Positions 1 to 15,425 of a stretch of DNA of 64,000 nt are shown piece by piece. The position numbers and the translations under genes were made by a program. The notes under the pieces were generated by a model. That model had not been told where the DNA came from. It searched no databases and was given only the letters and a program-made list of their open reading frames with translations. The stretch is from Adineta vaga (taxonomy: Eukaryota; Animalia; Rotifera), in assembly GCA_021613535.1 (NCBI GenBank), contig CP075494.1:13082001-13146000 (forward strand), in the 5' to 3' direction. Within the stretch, counting starts at the first letter, position 1; every line of letters begins with the position of its first letter.

Positions 1-1365
1 TGAGACATATTTTGCTGATCGAAACCTCAAAGCACCTATTCTTGTTTGGTGGACACCATTTACCTACGATACAGGTTCTTATATTCGCTGTGGTGATGGA
101 ACTCGATGTTTTATATCGAATATACGAAAATATCGTGATAATCAAGATTTTTCTGCTTTTCTTTACTATGGTACTGATATTCATCTTTACGATTTACCAT
201 TACCACGTTCTTCACATGAACAATGGGGATTACTTCATGAAGAATCACCAAAGAATAATTATATTTTTTCATTTGAATCAATTATGCAAATGTTTAATCA
301 TACGGCAACATTTAAACGTCATTCAGATGTACCATTAACTACTCAATGGTTAGCATCCATGGATGATATATTAGATCAAACATATGTTATTGATGTTAAA
401 AAGAAAACTAAATTACAGCAAGATTTCGATTTTGCTCCGATTATATATATTCAATCGGATTGTAATACACCATCGGATCGAGATTTATATATTAAAGAAT
501 TAATGAAATATATTCGAATTGATTCATATGGAACTTGTTTACATAATAAAGATCTATCACCAAAGTAATTGAAAAGAAAAAAAAAGAAGAGAATTTTTGA
601 TCAGATTTTGTTTTAGTTTAAGAAATCCAGTCGAAACAATGGAACATACAGATATATTAGAACTTGTTGGTAAATATAAATTTGCATTAGCTTTTGAAAA
701 TGCAATTTGTACCGATTATATTACGGAAAAATTCTGGCGTCCTTTGAAAGTTGGAACGATTCCAATTGTTTATGGATCGGATCAATTTCACGTACATATA
801 TCATCTTCTCTTTTAGCTTATCGGTTTTCTTTTTCTTTCATAGGATTTTCTTCCTGATGATCATTCAGCAATATCACTTCTCGATTTTGCAGCTCCGATA
901 GAACTAGCAGATTATCTTCATCAATTAAACAAAAATGACACTCTATATGATTTCTATCGTCAATTCAAATTTACTCGTACGATTTCGAATAAAACACTCC
1001 TTGCTCGAACAATGTCTGAACGAACATGGGGTATACATAATGATCGTATTCGTGGAAATTTTATTAATAAATTTGAATGTACTGTATGTGAACGTGTACA
1101 TAAAACACGACAAGATTCGGCAATAAAATATCAAGCGAAATTTGAAGATTATGGTTGTCCACCACCAACGACATTTGATGAAACTGCTCAAAGAGTGGAA
1201 CGTTCGGGAAATTGGTATCGAACATATGAATTTACTCATTGTCAAGTCGAAGTATTTGACGAATGGATAAAACAAGGAAATTATAATTTTACAGAGAAAC
1301 AATTGTATGATGCAGCATCAAAACGTTTTTCACCATCATTTCGACGAAATGAATTTTTAAAATGA
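1..1365 (+). CDS. Alpha-1,3-fucosyltransferase GT10, FUT10/FUT11-like; 5' end outside window, 2 introns (~565-615, ~792-843)
   Basis: Motifs ILVWWTPF, LLHEESPKNN, TATFKRHSDVPLTTQ and YKFALAFENAICTDYITEKFWRPL (GT10 signature). Confidence 0.9.
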
Positions 1366-1714
1366 TGTTACTGGAAAAAGGAAATAAATCAAATGATATT
1401 TTTTAGGTTAACTCATTTACGAAAGAGAATAGTTTGTTACTTGACTTCTACCGACATCTCCTTTCATCATGAGGGTGTGTGAAATACTCTAACCAGTCAT
1501 ACAGGAGAGAACGCAATGAAGAGTAATACCCATCTTTTCCTTCTGACGAAATTCATTTGACGGGATGGAGAGATGTGGGCGTATAAAATATATGATGATG
1601 ATGATGATGATGATGAAATGAGAACATAGTTGCAGGAGCTTCATTGATCTCTACGTTTATAAACTTCTAGATTTCTATCAAAAGTATATCATTTTATTTG
1701 TTTTGACCAAGAAA

Positions 1715-4383
1715 ATGTGTACCACAAGTAAACAAGCTACACTTTGGAAATGTCCGGAAGCATCGGATGAAGCACGTCTTCGTCTTTATAATAGTTTTAC
1801 GAAGAAAAAGGTAAAATACAATGCTTTCTTAACTTCATATTCAAGGATTATATCTAGGAAGTTTTTATACCAATAAATGGTAATGAAGTTCGTTGGTATA
1901 GTTGTGGACCAACTGTTTATGATACATCTCATATGGGTCATGCTCGGTAGGATCATCTCAGTTCCATATCTGGTGTTAAAATCAATCGTTTTCTAGGTCA
2001 TATATATCCTTTGATATACTTCGTCGTGTTATTTCGGATTATTTTGGTTATGATGTACTCTATTGTATGAATGTAACTGATGTCGATGATAAAGTAAAGT
2101 TTTCCTTTCATTTAAATCTTTCCTATTATAACGATTTTCTTCTAGATTATCAAAAGAGCTCGAGAAAAATATTTATTTAAAAAATATATGGAAGATACAT
2201 CAATGTCAACTAACAAGATTCATGAAGATTGTCAATTAGCATTTAACGTACGCTACATTATAATTTCTGATTATGATCAATTGATTGCTGTTTTTGTATT
2301 TTTAGCATGTGAAGGATATTCGATCACGCGAAAATGATAAAGATAAACAAGCAATGTACGATAAACAAATAGCAGCTGTAGAAAATGCATTTTATAATCT
2401 TCATCTTACAACAGATGATGAAATGAAACGAAAAGTAGATGATCATCTTCTTACGTCTAGACAAGTGAATCTAAATTGAATTCGATTATTTAGAAATTAT
2501 TCGACGATTGTCGTGATATTCTTCCATCTTATTTGGATTTTAATTATTCTCATACTACGAATCCACTTGATAATGAAACATATCTCGAATTAGCTCGTCA
2601 TTATGAAAGTGAATTTCATTCGGATATGGCACGTTTAAATATTTTACCTGCACATGTCTTAACACGTGTCAGTGAATATGTACCTGAAATTATCAAATTT
2701 ATTGAGAAAATCATTGAAAATGGTTATGCTTACGAATCCAATTCATCGGTGTATTTTGATACAATCAAATTTCATAAACAACATGCATATGCAAAATTAG
2801 AACCTGATCGTATGGGAGATCTTGTGGCATTAAGTGAGGGTGAAGGTGCCTTATCAGTTAATGAAAATACCAGCAAGGAAAAGAGAAATGATTGTGATTT
2901 TGTTTTATGGAAGAAAAGTAAAATAGGTGAACCAGTTTGGCAATCACCATGGGGTTCTGGTCGACCCGGTTGGCATATTGAATGTAGTGTGATGGCAAGT
3001 GCTGTTTTAGGTAAAAGATAAACTTTACATTTTCAAAATATTCTTTGAGGTTTTTCTTTAGGTCCACAGTTTGATATTCATACTGGGGGCATCGATCTGA
3101 AATTTCCTCATCATGATAATGAAATAGCTCAATCAGAAGCACATTATGACAGTGATTGTTGGGTAAATTACTTCCTTCATAGTGGTCATTTAACTATTCA
3201 AGGATGTAAAATGTCGAAATCATTAAAGAATTTTATTACAATCCAACAAGCTCTTGAAAAATATAGTTCACGTCAAATTCGTTTGTTATTTCTATTACAT
3301 TCATGGTCATCAACATTAGATTACAGTGACAATGGCATGGAAAAAGCTTTAACATATGAAAAAATGTTAAATGAATTTTTTCTCAATATCAAAGCACATT
3401 TACGCGAAATCAAACAAATGAATCATGCAAATGCGTATGTAAAATGTGAAAAGCATGATATTGATTTAAATGAACGATTTTCAACAATTAAAAAACAAAT
3501 TCATCTTGCTTTATGTGATTCAATTGATACACCAACGGCAATGGAAAATATTCGTCAATTGATTTCAGCAACAAATATCTATATGAATTCATCGAGTATA
3601 ACACCTAATCGACTTCTTCTCAAGAATATAGCTACATATATTACACGATTGATCAATATTTTTGGTTTGAATGCATCAGCATCAGGAATTGAAGATATTG
3701 GATTTACAAGATCGACTGAACAACAAGCATCTGCTGTTAATGTTGAAGATATTGCCATGCCATATGTCGAACAACTTGCTATATTTCGTGATAAAGTACG
3801 TACAGAAGCAATTACTGTGAAAAACAAAGAAATATTGACATTATGTGACGATCTAAGAAATAATGTATTACCTGAACTAGGTGTTCGACTTGAAGATCAT
3901 GGTAAGAATTGATGGTTTTTTCTTTCGAGAATAGAAAAAAAATAAACATTTTTATTTTGTCGTATGTAATAGCTGGTAGTAATAAAGCAACAATAAAATT
4001 CTGTGACCCTGCAGAGTTAAGACGTGAACGTGAACTAGCTTTATTAGCTGAAAAAAATAAACAAGAAGAAAAAGAACGAAGAAAATTACAACAAGAAGCA
4101 GAAAAACGAGCAAAAGATGAAAAAAAATTACTACAACAGCAACAACAAAAAGAAAAGGAAGCAAAGAAACAAGCAGCTAAAGAAAAAAAGGTGAAAAATA
4201 TCGATGATGTACCGACTAATTTTTATGTTAATTTTGTTTTGTTGTTTTCTACTCTAGAATCTTGATGCAAATGATTTAAAACAAGAAACTACTATGAATG
4301 GAGCAGCAGCAGCAGTGGCAGCAGCGGTTACGACTAACGGAGCCGCAGCAGCTGAAGGAGCTGTAACTAATGGCGATTCTTAA
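1715..4383 (+). CDS. CARS1: Cytoplasmic cysteinyl-tRNA synthetase, multi-exon
   Basis: [18 protein letters not shown] (HIGH-type), [47 protein letters not shown]. Confidence 0.96.
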
Positions 4384-5106
4384 TAACAATATTAGACTTT
4401 TAGTTTTCATTTTATTTTAATCTTCTTGTTATTTTTGTTGTTTGGATTGAAATTTACCTGTGGGTTATTTCATGTTCGTTCTATTTATTTATTTCTATTC
4501 TTGATATATCACTCATCATTTGGGCCATAATAAAAGAAGATTTCGTTCTCAAACATATACAAAAAAATCACCGACACTAATTTTTCACTTTCATCGCTCT
4601 TTTGAAAGATCTGATCAAAGGTAATAGATGAATCGAAACAGCGAGTTAAATCATTCTCGAACATGCACATATATACTTCGTCTTCTACTAAAATCTCTTT
4701 TCATACATAGAAGATATATTTCCTTGTAAAATGATATTGTCTGGAATGTATTCATACAAATGAATCAGGTACAATTACCCATGTAATGCAAAATTCCTCG
4801 GAAAAATTTGACACTTTCGGTATTGTTCAATTAAAAATTTGAAACAAGATGTCGTTAGTTGAAATAAAAATTTTTACTTCGTATTTTGATTGGTCATTCT
4901 CTCACCTACAATTAAATGATTAATCAATTAAACTGTTTTCAAGTAAAACGTGATCTCAAGCTTGTCTGTAGATATTTTCTACTTACCTATAATTTTCGAT
5001 CTATACAATATTTATGTCCTTCGATAGGATAGAAAGAAATAATAAATAGTACTATTATTCATATCCGATATTCTTATTTTAGGTTTAGATAAGAGAAAAA
5101 AAAAGT

Positions 5107-6864
5107 ATGGTCGACGATAACGATGATGATGTACCTTTACTTGATGACGACGATGAACAATTGATAACATCAGAAGATAGAGAACCAACTGTTGAAGCTG
5201 TTTTTGTTGCTACTTTTGATGTTAAATATGGTATGACATTACTAAAGAATGTCATTTCTTTTACTTTTAATTGATGCAATTTATAGGTAATATTATTGAA
5301 TTTCAAATGCCAGAAAAGGAACAAATGGTATTGGATGGTGTAGAATACAAAGCATTGCCAAGTGGATCACATCATGTTAATCAAGATTTTGTGTAAGATT
5401 CTTTTCGTATAGTTAATAGAACTTCAATGGTTTCGAGATTAATGAGACTCATCTATTATTTTCACTCTCGTACAATGAATATATACATACCTGTTTTAAT
5501 TTTATCAATGTATCGTTTAGATATTTTCGTCTTGGAAATAAATATGGTTTAGCTTGTTTAGTTCGAGCAAATATTACGAATGAAGATGATGGTTCAGCTT
5601 TATCAACAATCGATACGTCACAACGTGGTATGTGCATTAAATCTGTCGGTATTATAACTTCATCTATTATACATATCCAATCATATCTTCCGTTCTTACA
5701 AGCTGAAGCAAAGTCAGTAAAATTGTTCATGATTAATACGAACTATATCGATTATTTAGACTTTATCTTAATCAATCACCAGTCATTTATGATCGTTTAA
5801 GAGGACTTTTGTCTCGACATGATCAACCATCTTCTTTGTCACCATCTATTTACGTAAGATTTCTCAATCAACTTATATTTTCAAGCAAATTTCCCTACCA
5901 CGAAACGTATGTACTTTCGGATAGATATAACCTGTCAATCATATGAATTATAAAGTCAATTGAACTGTCTCGTCTAAATTTTCTCGTTCTTCAAGAACAA
6001 GATCTCGTGCAACATAATAGTTTTACAAACACTCGAAAATTTCACAAAAGAAACCTTAGAAAAAGACATTCATTATATTTCTTTTTCTAGGATACTTTAT
6101 TCATGGAATTTCTTCAACAATTCGGTCCATTAATATTCCCACTTTCAAGGTTAATCCTACTTGGAAAACGTATTTTATTCTATTCACGTTCACCTATCGG
6201 TTCAATTTGTAATGCAGGTAAAATTTCACTTTTTATTTATTGAATAGAAATCATCAATTCTTCTCTAGTTTATTTTCTTCATATGCTCAATCAATCAGTC
6301 AATCCATTATTTTTTATTAGTATTATGGATTTACCATTGTTAAATGATAAATTACCTTATATTGCTTGTACAACGGAAAAGATTTTCAAGGAAAAATCAA
6401 CTTTTTACGATGTTTTTATTAACTGTGATGATCAAATCATGTTTTATACAAATGATTCTGTTTTACAGTCAATTATTAAAGTAACACGTAACGATCGTAA
6501 TCGCTTGAAAAAGACGATGACGTAAGTTTAAAATCATCTTAAAAACAAAATAGAAAAGACTCTATTCGATTATATAATCAATCTCTTATTCAATATGAAT
6601 TGAGACTTCTTTTTCTTTAGTTTCAATTCTTTTATAAACATTGGTAATCGTTTATCTCGATTATTGGATCGATTATCTAAATCAACTACTAATTATCAAA
6701 TGACCAAAGAAGATTTTCAGTCAATTAATCTACATTCTCGTTATGATCGATTATTTATTAGTGAATATATTCGAATACATCATATACCACATGTAATAAT
6801 AAGCATTTCTGGATTATCTCTTTTTCCGATATCACCTTGTTGTTCTTGTCCATCTACCAACTGA
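5107..6864 (+). CDS. DENND11: DENN domain-containing protein 11 (LCHN-like), multi-exon
   Basis: Spliced VEAVFVATFDVKYGNIIEF, LDGVEYKALPSGSHHVNQDFVYFR, RGMCIKSVG, YIACTTEKIFKEK; Cys-rich C-terminus. Confidence 0.8.
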
Positions 6865-7654
6865 TTTTTATCTTGTTGATCTCAAATTGATTTTGCTTTT
6901 ATTTTATCGATTAAATATGAAAACATCCTATGTATTGTTATGTTTTGATCAAGTAAGAAAGATTTGTATCGATCAAATGATTTGTTCCTTTCTCATTAAT
7001 ACACATCTTGTTGTCACATGGGTTAAAATTGTTTTTTGTTCTGACTGTCGTTTTACCACCTTTGTCTAATCATAAGAAGTAGACAACATTATCTTTCATC
7101 TCTTTCTTTGACTGTTTTTTGTCTATAGACATAAAGAAACAAGTTAACCTCCTATAGAAGCTTATGCATGTCGTGAATATACTACACAGAGGGAGAGAGA
7201 GAGAGAAAGAGGTGAGACGTGCGAGATGTTCATGTAGTGGAAGCGTATAGTGAACGATAAGCTATTCTTTCTTCTTTCTGTCCACATATAAAACGTCAAC
7301 GTGCTGTTTCCTCTTTCTCTTTATAGTCATATTGTGAATAAAAAAAGTTCTTTTTCTCTTCTTCTTCTTCTTCTTCTTAATAGAACCCTATGAACAAACA
7401 CATAACAATCCTTTTCAGTATTGATTTCTATATGTGAAATATTCTTCTTTTAGATCATATAAAAGAATTCTCTGGAATTATTAATAAAGCCAAAAGCTTT
7501 GTTTTATAAATCAATGTTCTTTCTTCTCTCGACCTTCTGATAAAAAAAAACAAGAGATACGACGATCGTAAAAAGAAATGTATTTAGAACTTGATTTTGC
7601 TTTTTATTCTATTGTAGATGGTAAAGTAAAAATAAATAGCGACAATCAAATATC

Positions 7655-10600
7655 ATGACAAATTATTCTGAAACCATCGATTCATCATCAACATTACTCT
7701 GTCGAATTCAATATCTTGATGATATTGATCCTTTTTCAAGTGTAAATTTACCTGAACCGGCTCGACCTCCATCTTTCGTTTTTTTAACATCAACTGTTTT
7801 GAGTAATCAATTACATAGTGTACATAAAGCTCTCAATGCTCCACATAATGTAAACAGATTGAATATCATGAAATAAAATGTATATATTTTTATTTTATTT
7901 TTAATATTTGCATTAGATTACTGATTGTATACTTGAATTATACCGACAAGATGGAACTAAAACAGAATTTGGACCATATTTAGATTTAGATCAAACATTG
8001 GATGAACAACGAGAAGAAATCGAAACATTTACAGAAGGGTTTGTTGTATTTGTATGAATTAATAGTTGATATTTTTCTCTCTTTCTCTCTTTATTTGCAG
8101 ATATAAATGGTCAATTGTTCTTCGTACTCAACTTAGCGTTCGAGTTCATGCTTGTATAGGTAAGTAAATATACATGAGTGTCTTCTGTTTTCTTAAGATT
8201 TTTTATTTGAAGATAAATTATTGAATTCGGATGGGCGTGAATTACGACGATCACTTTTTTCATTAAAGCAAATATTTCAAGTAAAGCAATAAAATATGAG
8301 AGAAAGAGAGAATATATTGAAATCTATTATTTTTCAAGGATGATAAAGATCTTGTGCATGAATTTGTAAATAATCAAGGTTTACAATGTTTGATCAAAAT
8401 TGGTGGAGCTGCAGATCAAAATTATCAAAATTATATCTTACGAGGTAAGCAAAGAAGAAGTTTGATATGTTTTCAAATGTTTTTTTTTTCATTTAACCAT
8501 AGCACTTGGTCAATTAATGTTATATGTTGATGGAATGAATGCTGTGATAGAACAAAATGAAGTTGTTCAATGGCTTTATACATTAGTAGATTCTAGTGTA
8601 TGAAATCATAAATTTCGATTTTATTTTTAAGTTTTGTTCTTGTTTTAGTTTCGACTAGTTGTTAAAACAAGTTTAAAACTCTTGATTATCTTTGCTGAAT
8701 ATACCGAATCAAATGCTTTATTAATTTTATCTGCTGTTGCTGAAGTTGATGGTAATGCCAATCGTTCGCTATGGTCAAATGCAATGGGAATATTGAATGA
8801 AATGGAGAATTCATCAACGGAAGTTGTTTTATTAATCATTACATTATTCAATACAGTTCTATCAGCTGTACCTGATCAAGATACATTTTACGATATGACA
8901 GATGCTTTGGAAAAACAAGGCATGCATCGATGTACACACTTCTTTATGAATAGAAAACCAGTTGAAGAAGATCTGATCGAACAATTTCATATTTATGATG
9001 TAAGTTATATTGTTTTGAAATTGAAAATAGTACATACTATCATTTCAGGCTGCTCTTCGACGTGAAGATGGTGAAGAAGATAAAACATTTTCTCAACCAG
9101 CAAGGTATGTAATTTCCAAAAACAAAACAAAACAAAACTTTTCTTTGATTATTCATATCTAAAAGTAAACAAAACATACTTTTTTCAAACGCTAGATCAC
9201 CATCATTATCCAGTATACAGGATAATATTCGTTTGAGGTAATTTTTTTCCTCTAGAGGAATCTTCAACGTTGTTTATCCTTTCTTCTTATTGTTGTAATC
9301 TTGCATGACCATAATTTGTCTATCCTTCTTGCTTTGAATAGACGTGTACCTCGTAAAAAATCTGTATTCGATCGAACATCATCTCGACGTTATTCATCTG
9401 TGGATTCCAATGGTCAGCAAGACATTAATCCGAATCATTTGGATATAACCGATTCAATATTGCGACAATATAATGATGTGATCAATTCATCGAATGGACA
9501 AGATGATTCAACCGTATCATTTAATGATGATATAGATGATGATGATGATGATGATGATAATAGTGATGAGTATGGTTATTTTATTTTATATTGCCTTTTT
9601 CTTTCTTTTCTCTGTGTCTGTCTCCCCTCTCTCTCTCTCTCTCCCTTTCTTCTCTTTTTTCCTTGTAAAATATTAACAGTTTTTTGTTTTGCTTGGATGC
9701 TTCTTCTCCTTCTACTTCTACTTCTCGATTTTTTTTTCTGTTCATCATTTCTTGATTTTTAATTTGATAGGCAAAAAACACGAGCGAAAAGTGCTGTTGA
9801 TAACAGACAAAGCATGCGACGAAGTTCATCAAACACATTTCAACCAATTTCAACCTTTTTTAAAAAAGATCCAGATGTGTAAGTAGATTATTTCATTGTT
9901 CTTCTCATACGAAATTTTCACATTTAGACCTAAACCAACAACAGATTGTATTACTTTTCGTCGAAGGCAAAATCATTGGGAATCGGAACTTATACAACGT
10001 GAAGTACCACGAACATCTGTCAATGAACGTACTCGAGATCGTTGGGGACTATCCAATGAGAGTCAAGTTCCAGCAGCTGACACGAATCGATCATTAGTAA
10101 CTTCACCTCGTAAGTATCAATTCATTTTGAAAGTGACAAAAATCTCCTTATCAATATCTAGTTAAATCATCACTATCAGTCAATAATCATACGATTTCGT
10201 CCAGTCGTTTTATGCGACGATCAAATAATACCGATCCGGAATCACCACCATCACCGACTCGTCCAACTGAAGTACAAGTTTTTTCTCGGCCTCCCTTTCA
10301 TCTTCAACGAAGTCCAAATGGAAATAATGCAATTGAAGCTCTAACACGTCAAATTAATATGCAAACGATGAGTGGAAATGATGTTTCATCCACAAATACA
10401 TTAGGTAAAGAGACAAAACTTATACAATCACCCGAATTGATTGGTGCAGTAACACGAGCAAAAGATGGTAAGTAATGATACCTTATAAGGTATGAAAATA
10501 AATTGAAATCGTTTGTTCTTTCAGGATTACGAACAGCAACAACAAAATCACCACCGTTATCAAGCACTCATTTTAATTTTCCTGTTCAATCACCTGATGC

Positions 10601-13600
10601 AATTGTACCTAAACCTTTCTCAGAAAATGATCTTCAATGGGAATATGTAACTGGAAAAATATCAGATCGTAGATTATGTGTACAGGATCTTGATTTCGAA
10701 GAATTGGATGAATACGATGATATAAATATTTTAACGATAGCTACTGTTCGACCAGGTCCACCACCACCACCGCCTCCAGTAATGATGAATGGTAATGGAT
10801 TACCTCCACCTCCGCCACCACCACCTCTACCACCGCCAATGATGAATGGTGTTCCACCGCCGCCTCCACCTCCACCTCTATTATTCACATCACGAAATAG
10901 TGGACCGTCACAACCATACATGAGCAATGGTAATTTCGATGGAGATTCTTCAATCTCAAGAGCATCATCAATCAATAAACCATTGAAAACAATACGTTTA
11001 CATTGGCGTGAAACAACTCAAAATACAATACCAAATGCACAGAATACAGAAGATTCTCTTTGGACATCATTGAATAAAGTGAAACTAGATACTGATAAAT
11101 TGGCACAATTATTTGAATTAAAACATGCTGATGTTAAACTAAAGGTATGAAACATTTGCAAAGAAAAGCTCTTGCATGAAATGCTCATAAACTTACATTT
11201 GACAGAAAGAAATCTATTTTTTTAATATATACTTACTTATTCATATTCTTTTTTATTATCTTTCCATAGGAATCAGTAAGTACATAGATATGTTTTTATG
11301 TGTGCATTGGCAGCTTCTATTGTTTTAACTACTTTTTTGATGACGACTTTCAAAGTTTGATTTCTAAATTTTTGAAATGTCATTGATCATCATCATCATC
11401 TATTTGATATAGTCCGATTTTCGATTTATTGCACAAAGTGATTTGTTTTTCTTTCTTTCTTTCTACTTGTTTGTTAATAACTAACATGGGAATAGCTTTT
11501 GATATGAAATCTTTTTCTGTGTGAGTGTGCTTTATTTATTTGCTTCTTTTTTTCTCTGGGTTTCTTTATTTATATTATAGAACACAATGACTAAAAGAAT
11601 TCTTTTTTTTTCTTGATATTTTTATAGAAAGGTGTCGATGTAAAGAAAGAAATTACAGTACTTGATCCAAAACGTTCAAATGCTATCAATATTGGTTTAA
11701 CAGTTTTACCAACAGCTCGAACAATTAAAGGAGCAATTTTAAAAATGGATAGTAGTGTGATTAATAAAGAAGGCATCGAGGTGAGAGACAACGTTTGTTA
11801 AAATATCTGCCATGTGCACTTCTTCACATACGAATATCACGATGATTTTTCGATCACAATCGAAGGTTATCTTGATAATCATATCAATTAAAATGAGAGA
11901 GAGGGAATCGTGAAAATCTAATCAAATTAATAGGAGATGTCCGGATGAGACAATTGACGACAACGTAAATACGTTGAAGAGGGTATCATGAGAAAGAAAG
12001 GAAGAAAAAACGTTTATAGAGATTTTTTTGAGACGTAGACATCACTCTATTTGACAACTGTATATCATCTATAACTAGCGAGAAATACTTGTTCTTGAAT
12101 CTATAATTTAATTATTTTCAATAGTTTAGTTTATCCTTGAAAATTATAACAACTTTTGTCGAAGTGTAAAAAGTAAAAATTTAGTTTTTTCGTTCACAAA
12201 AAGGACAATGAGAAATACCTTGGTAACATATTATCATATACCGGAACAGACATAACTTTCAAAGGTGAAAAACTATTGTATGTCTTTATCAATTATTAAA
12301 AGGAGAAGAATTCATTAATTTCTAGGCAAACGAATATACTCAAGGAAAATATTGATTGAATTGTCATTGTCAAATTGAAAAGACAATCAAGGATATATAT
12401 TACTGATTGAAAGCCGTTTGTTAATGATGTTTTTTTTCTCCATTTAACAATGATCAAATTAGTTTCAGTAAATAATTATTCTAAATATCCTTATAGTATT
12501 TCATACAGAAGGGAAGAAGAAAAAAATATCAGATCATGAATTCGTATTGGTTATTAGCAAACCAACCACTGTTGATTCGATTAGAAAGGAAGTTATTAAT
12601 TATGATAAGAAGATTACTTTCATATTTAGAAATTATTAACCATGTTACCAACTGAAGACGAAAAAAATCGTATTATTGAAGCTCAAATGGCAAATAGTGA
12701 TCTTCCATTAGGCAGTGCTGAACAATTTTTATTAACACTTGCATCAGTCGTTGAATTAGAAGCTCGCTTGAAATTATGGTTATTCAAACTTGATTTTGAT
12801 AATATTGAATTGGTTTGTATATTGATCGTTTTTTTTTTCATTTTCCTAACGATAATGATCGTTTCTACAATAGGAAATCGCTGAACCATTGATGGATTTA
12901 AAAAATGGAATGAAAAATTTGAAAGAGAATACAACATTACGACATATACTTGAAGTTCTTCTTGCTGTTGGAAATTTTCTTAATGGCGCTGAAGTAAATT
13001 TTAAAACATCTTACAAAACTTTACCGAAATATATTGATTCTATTTCAGTCTATTGGTTTCCAACTTGATTATCTTGCAAAAGTTCCTGAAGTAAAAGATA
13101 CAATACAAAAACATTCCTTACTTTTTCATGTCTGTAATCTTGTTGTGGAAAAATATCCTGATTCAACTGATCTGTACTCTGAAATAGGAGAAATTACACG
13201 ATGTTCTAAAGTATTGGAATTCATTTCTTTATTTTCTTATTAAATTAAAAAGAAACGATTTATTTTTTAAGATTGATTTCGATGAACTCGAATTGAAATT
13301 GTCTAAACTTGAAAACGATTGTCGAGCAGCATTTGATTATCTCAAAGCAATTAGTAAACATGAAACACCACAAATCAAAACAAAGTACGTTTATTTTCAA
13401 TTAAACCCCCAGTAGATTTCATAGTGAATGAGAAAAATTTCCCTTAACGAGAAAAGATATTCTTCATAAAGAGATCATTTTCAGAGTTGATATTAAACAT
13501 CATGGCAAAATTCATAATGTCACGTATGTACATCATTCTCCGCTGAGCTTTCATATAGACGATATCAATTTTTATGCTTTACAGATAAACATTCTCGCTT

Positions 13601-14870
13601 ATTGCTTTTCGCTAGATGATTTGGATGTTAATCGTTCAAAGGATAATAGTTCTTTTTCGTTTTTACTAGATTAACGGAATTTCTAAGTGATTGTGCAGAA
13701 CGTGTTTGCTTATTGAGATTAATTCATCGACGTGTGATAAATCGTTTTCAAAAATTTCTTCTCTGGCTTGGTTATTCACGTAGTGCAATTCAAGAAACGA
13801 AAATTACACAATTCTGTAAAATTCTTAGTGAATTTGCTTTGGAATATCGAACAACACGTGAACGTATTTCAACACAAAAATTAAAAAAATTAAATCGTGG
13901 TGAACGAAATAAAACAAGAGGCAAATTAATCACAGAGGTTAATTTCTTTTTCTAAACTATGTTTTCATGCTATTATTTTTCATTCTAGATTCTCTCAGAA
14001 AAAAGTAATCCATTAAAAGATGCATTAATGAATGGTTTGCGTACAGACGATGAACCGGGATATCGTCGTCGATCATCCAAAGAACAAAATTATCCAGTAT
14101 ACATTCCGCAAGATTATGATATAAAACCATCACCGCTTGCTTCTGAAAGGAATTTCAAACAACCGATAACTCCGAAAGTAACTCAACCAAATGTATTCAG
14201 TGATTTAGCAGCTGTTGTTAGAAGTTCATCCAAAGACGGTCAACTTATGCCAGGTCATCGATTACGACAAAAAGCGTCAAGTATGTTTTGATCTCTATAT
14301 ATAAATTTGTTTCATATTCGTAATTTATAAACGAAATGAAAAAGTATGTAAGACAATATAGGAGTCAATGTACCCGATCTATGTCGTTTTTTTACTGTTC
14401 TTCTCGCCTATAAAAATACGCATAGAGAAAAAATACATAACGACGACATCAGTTTAACCGATAACGAAAAAGGAGAGGAGTATCGAGTCTCGTCACATAT
14501 TGAAGACGTTTCTTACTTTGAAAACATCACGAAAATTTCATGTGTTCACTGTAGGCTCTAATGTGCAAAAATCAGCAGCACCACCTTCATCCACACCTGT
14601 TCTAAAACCACCATCTAATTCAAATGAATCGGAAGTCTTCGATGCCAGCGATGAATTACTCGATAATCTTGTTAAAAATGCTGCTATAACATCAACAAAA
14701 GATATTATCAGACAACGTCGAATTGCTCGATATGCACAACGACAATCCTGTATGTTTTTCTTTCTTTCAGTCTGATATTTATACAGGCTTTTCTTTTAGT
14801 ACGTCGAACACTTCAAATCAATTTGAATGATGAAGAACGTGCTGAAATCTTTGGTGCTGGAAATAACTAA
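7655..14870 (+). CDS. FHOD: FHOD-family formin (GBD/FH3, polyproline FH1, FH2, DAD)
   Basis: [25 protein letters not shown], polyPro FH1 (~10760-10880), [37 protein letters not shown]-terminal RQSLRRTL. Confidence 0.95.
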
Positions 14871-15425
14871 TCTATTTTAATAATTTCTTCATGTACTCAT
14901 CCTGCACCGGTGTTATATTCAAGTTTTGTTTTCTGTATATTCATTCAACTATATGTGTGTGTGTGTGCATGTATGTTTGTATGTTTGATTTTAATAATAT
15001 TCCAATTCTTTTTTTTTCCTTTGTCTGTCTTTCACATATGTACGAAAATGAAAAGAATGATTTGTTCCATGTCTTTTGATTGTACAAAAATCGACAGACA
15101 ATTTTATGATAAACAATAACAAGTATAATTGTTCTGTTTTTCTATGTTGTATTCAAATTTTTAAATATAAGCATCAATGTGATTTTGTAGATATGTTTGA
15201 TATGAACAATTGATGAACGTCAGAAGGTGAATATTTAGAATCTTTCAAATGAAATGAGTACGAAAATAAACGATGAATCAATTGATTATTGTTGTCGATT
15301 TAGTAGTAACAAACAAAGAAATGCAAATTCGAAATTCAATATAAATATTCCATCTCTCATCCAATTTATATATGTACACAATAAACACATTCATATTCAT
15401 TTTGTTACTGTTGTATATTCTTCAG

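Noticed and set aside
1594-1615. (GAT)n and other microsatellites (CT, TA, AAC runs)
   Set aside because: Ordinary short simple repeats.
10634-10975. Minus-strand poly-Gly ORF
   Set aside because: Antisense shadow of the formin FH1 polyproline codons.
11782-13669. Long FHOD introns as possible snoRNA or TE hosts
   Set aside because: No convincing box motifs, terminal repeats or ORFs found by eye; needs an Infernal/RepeatMasker run.
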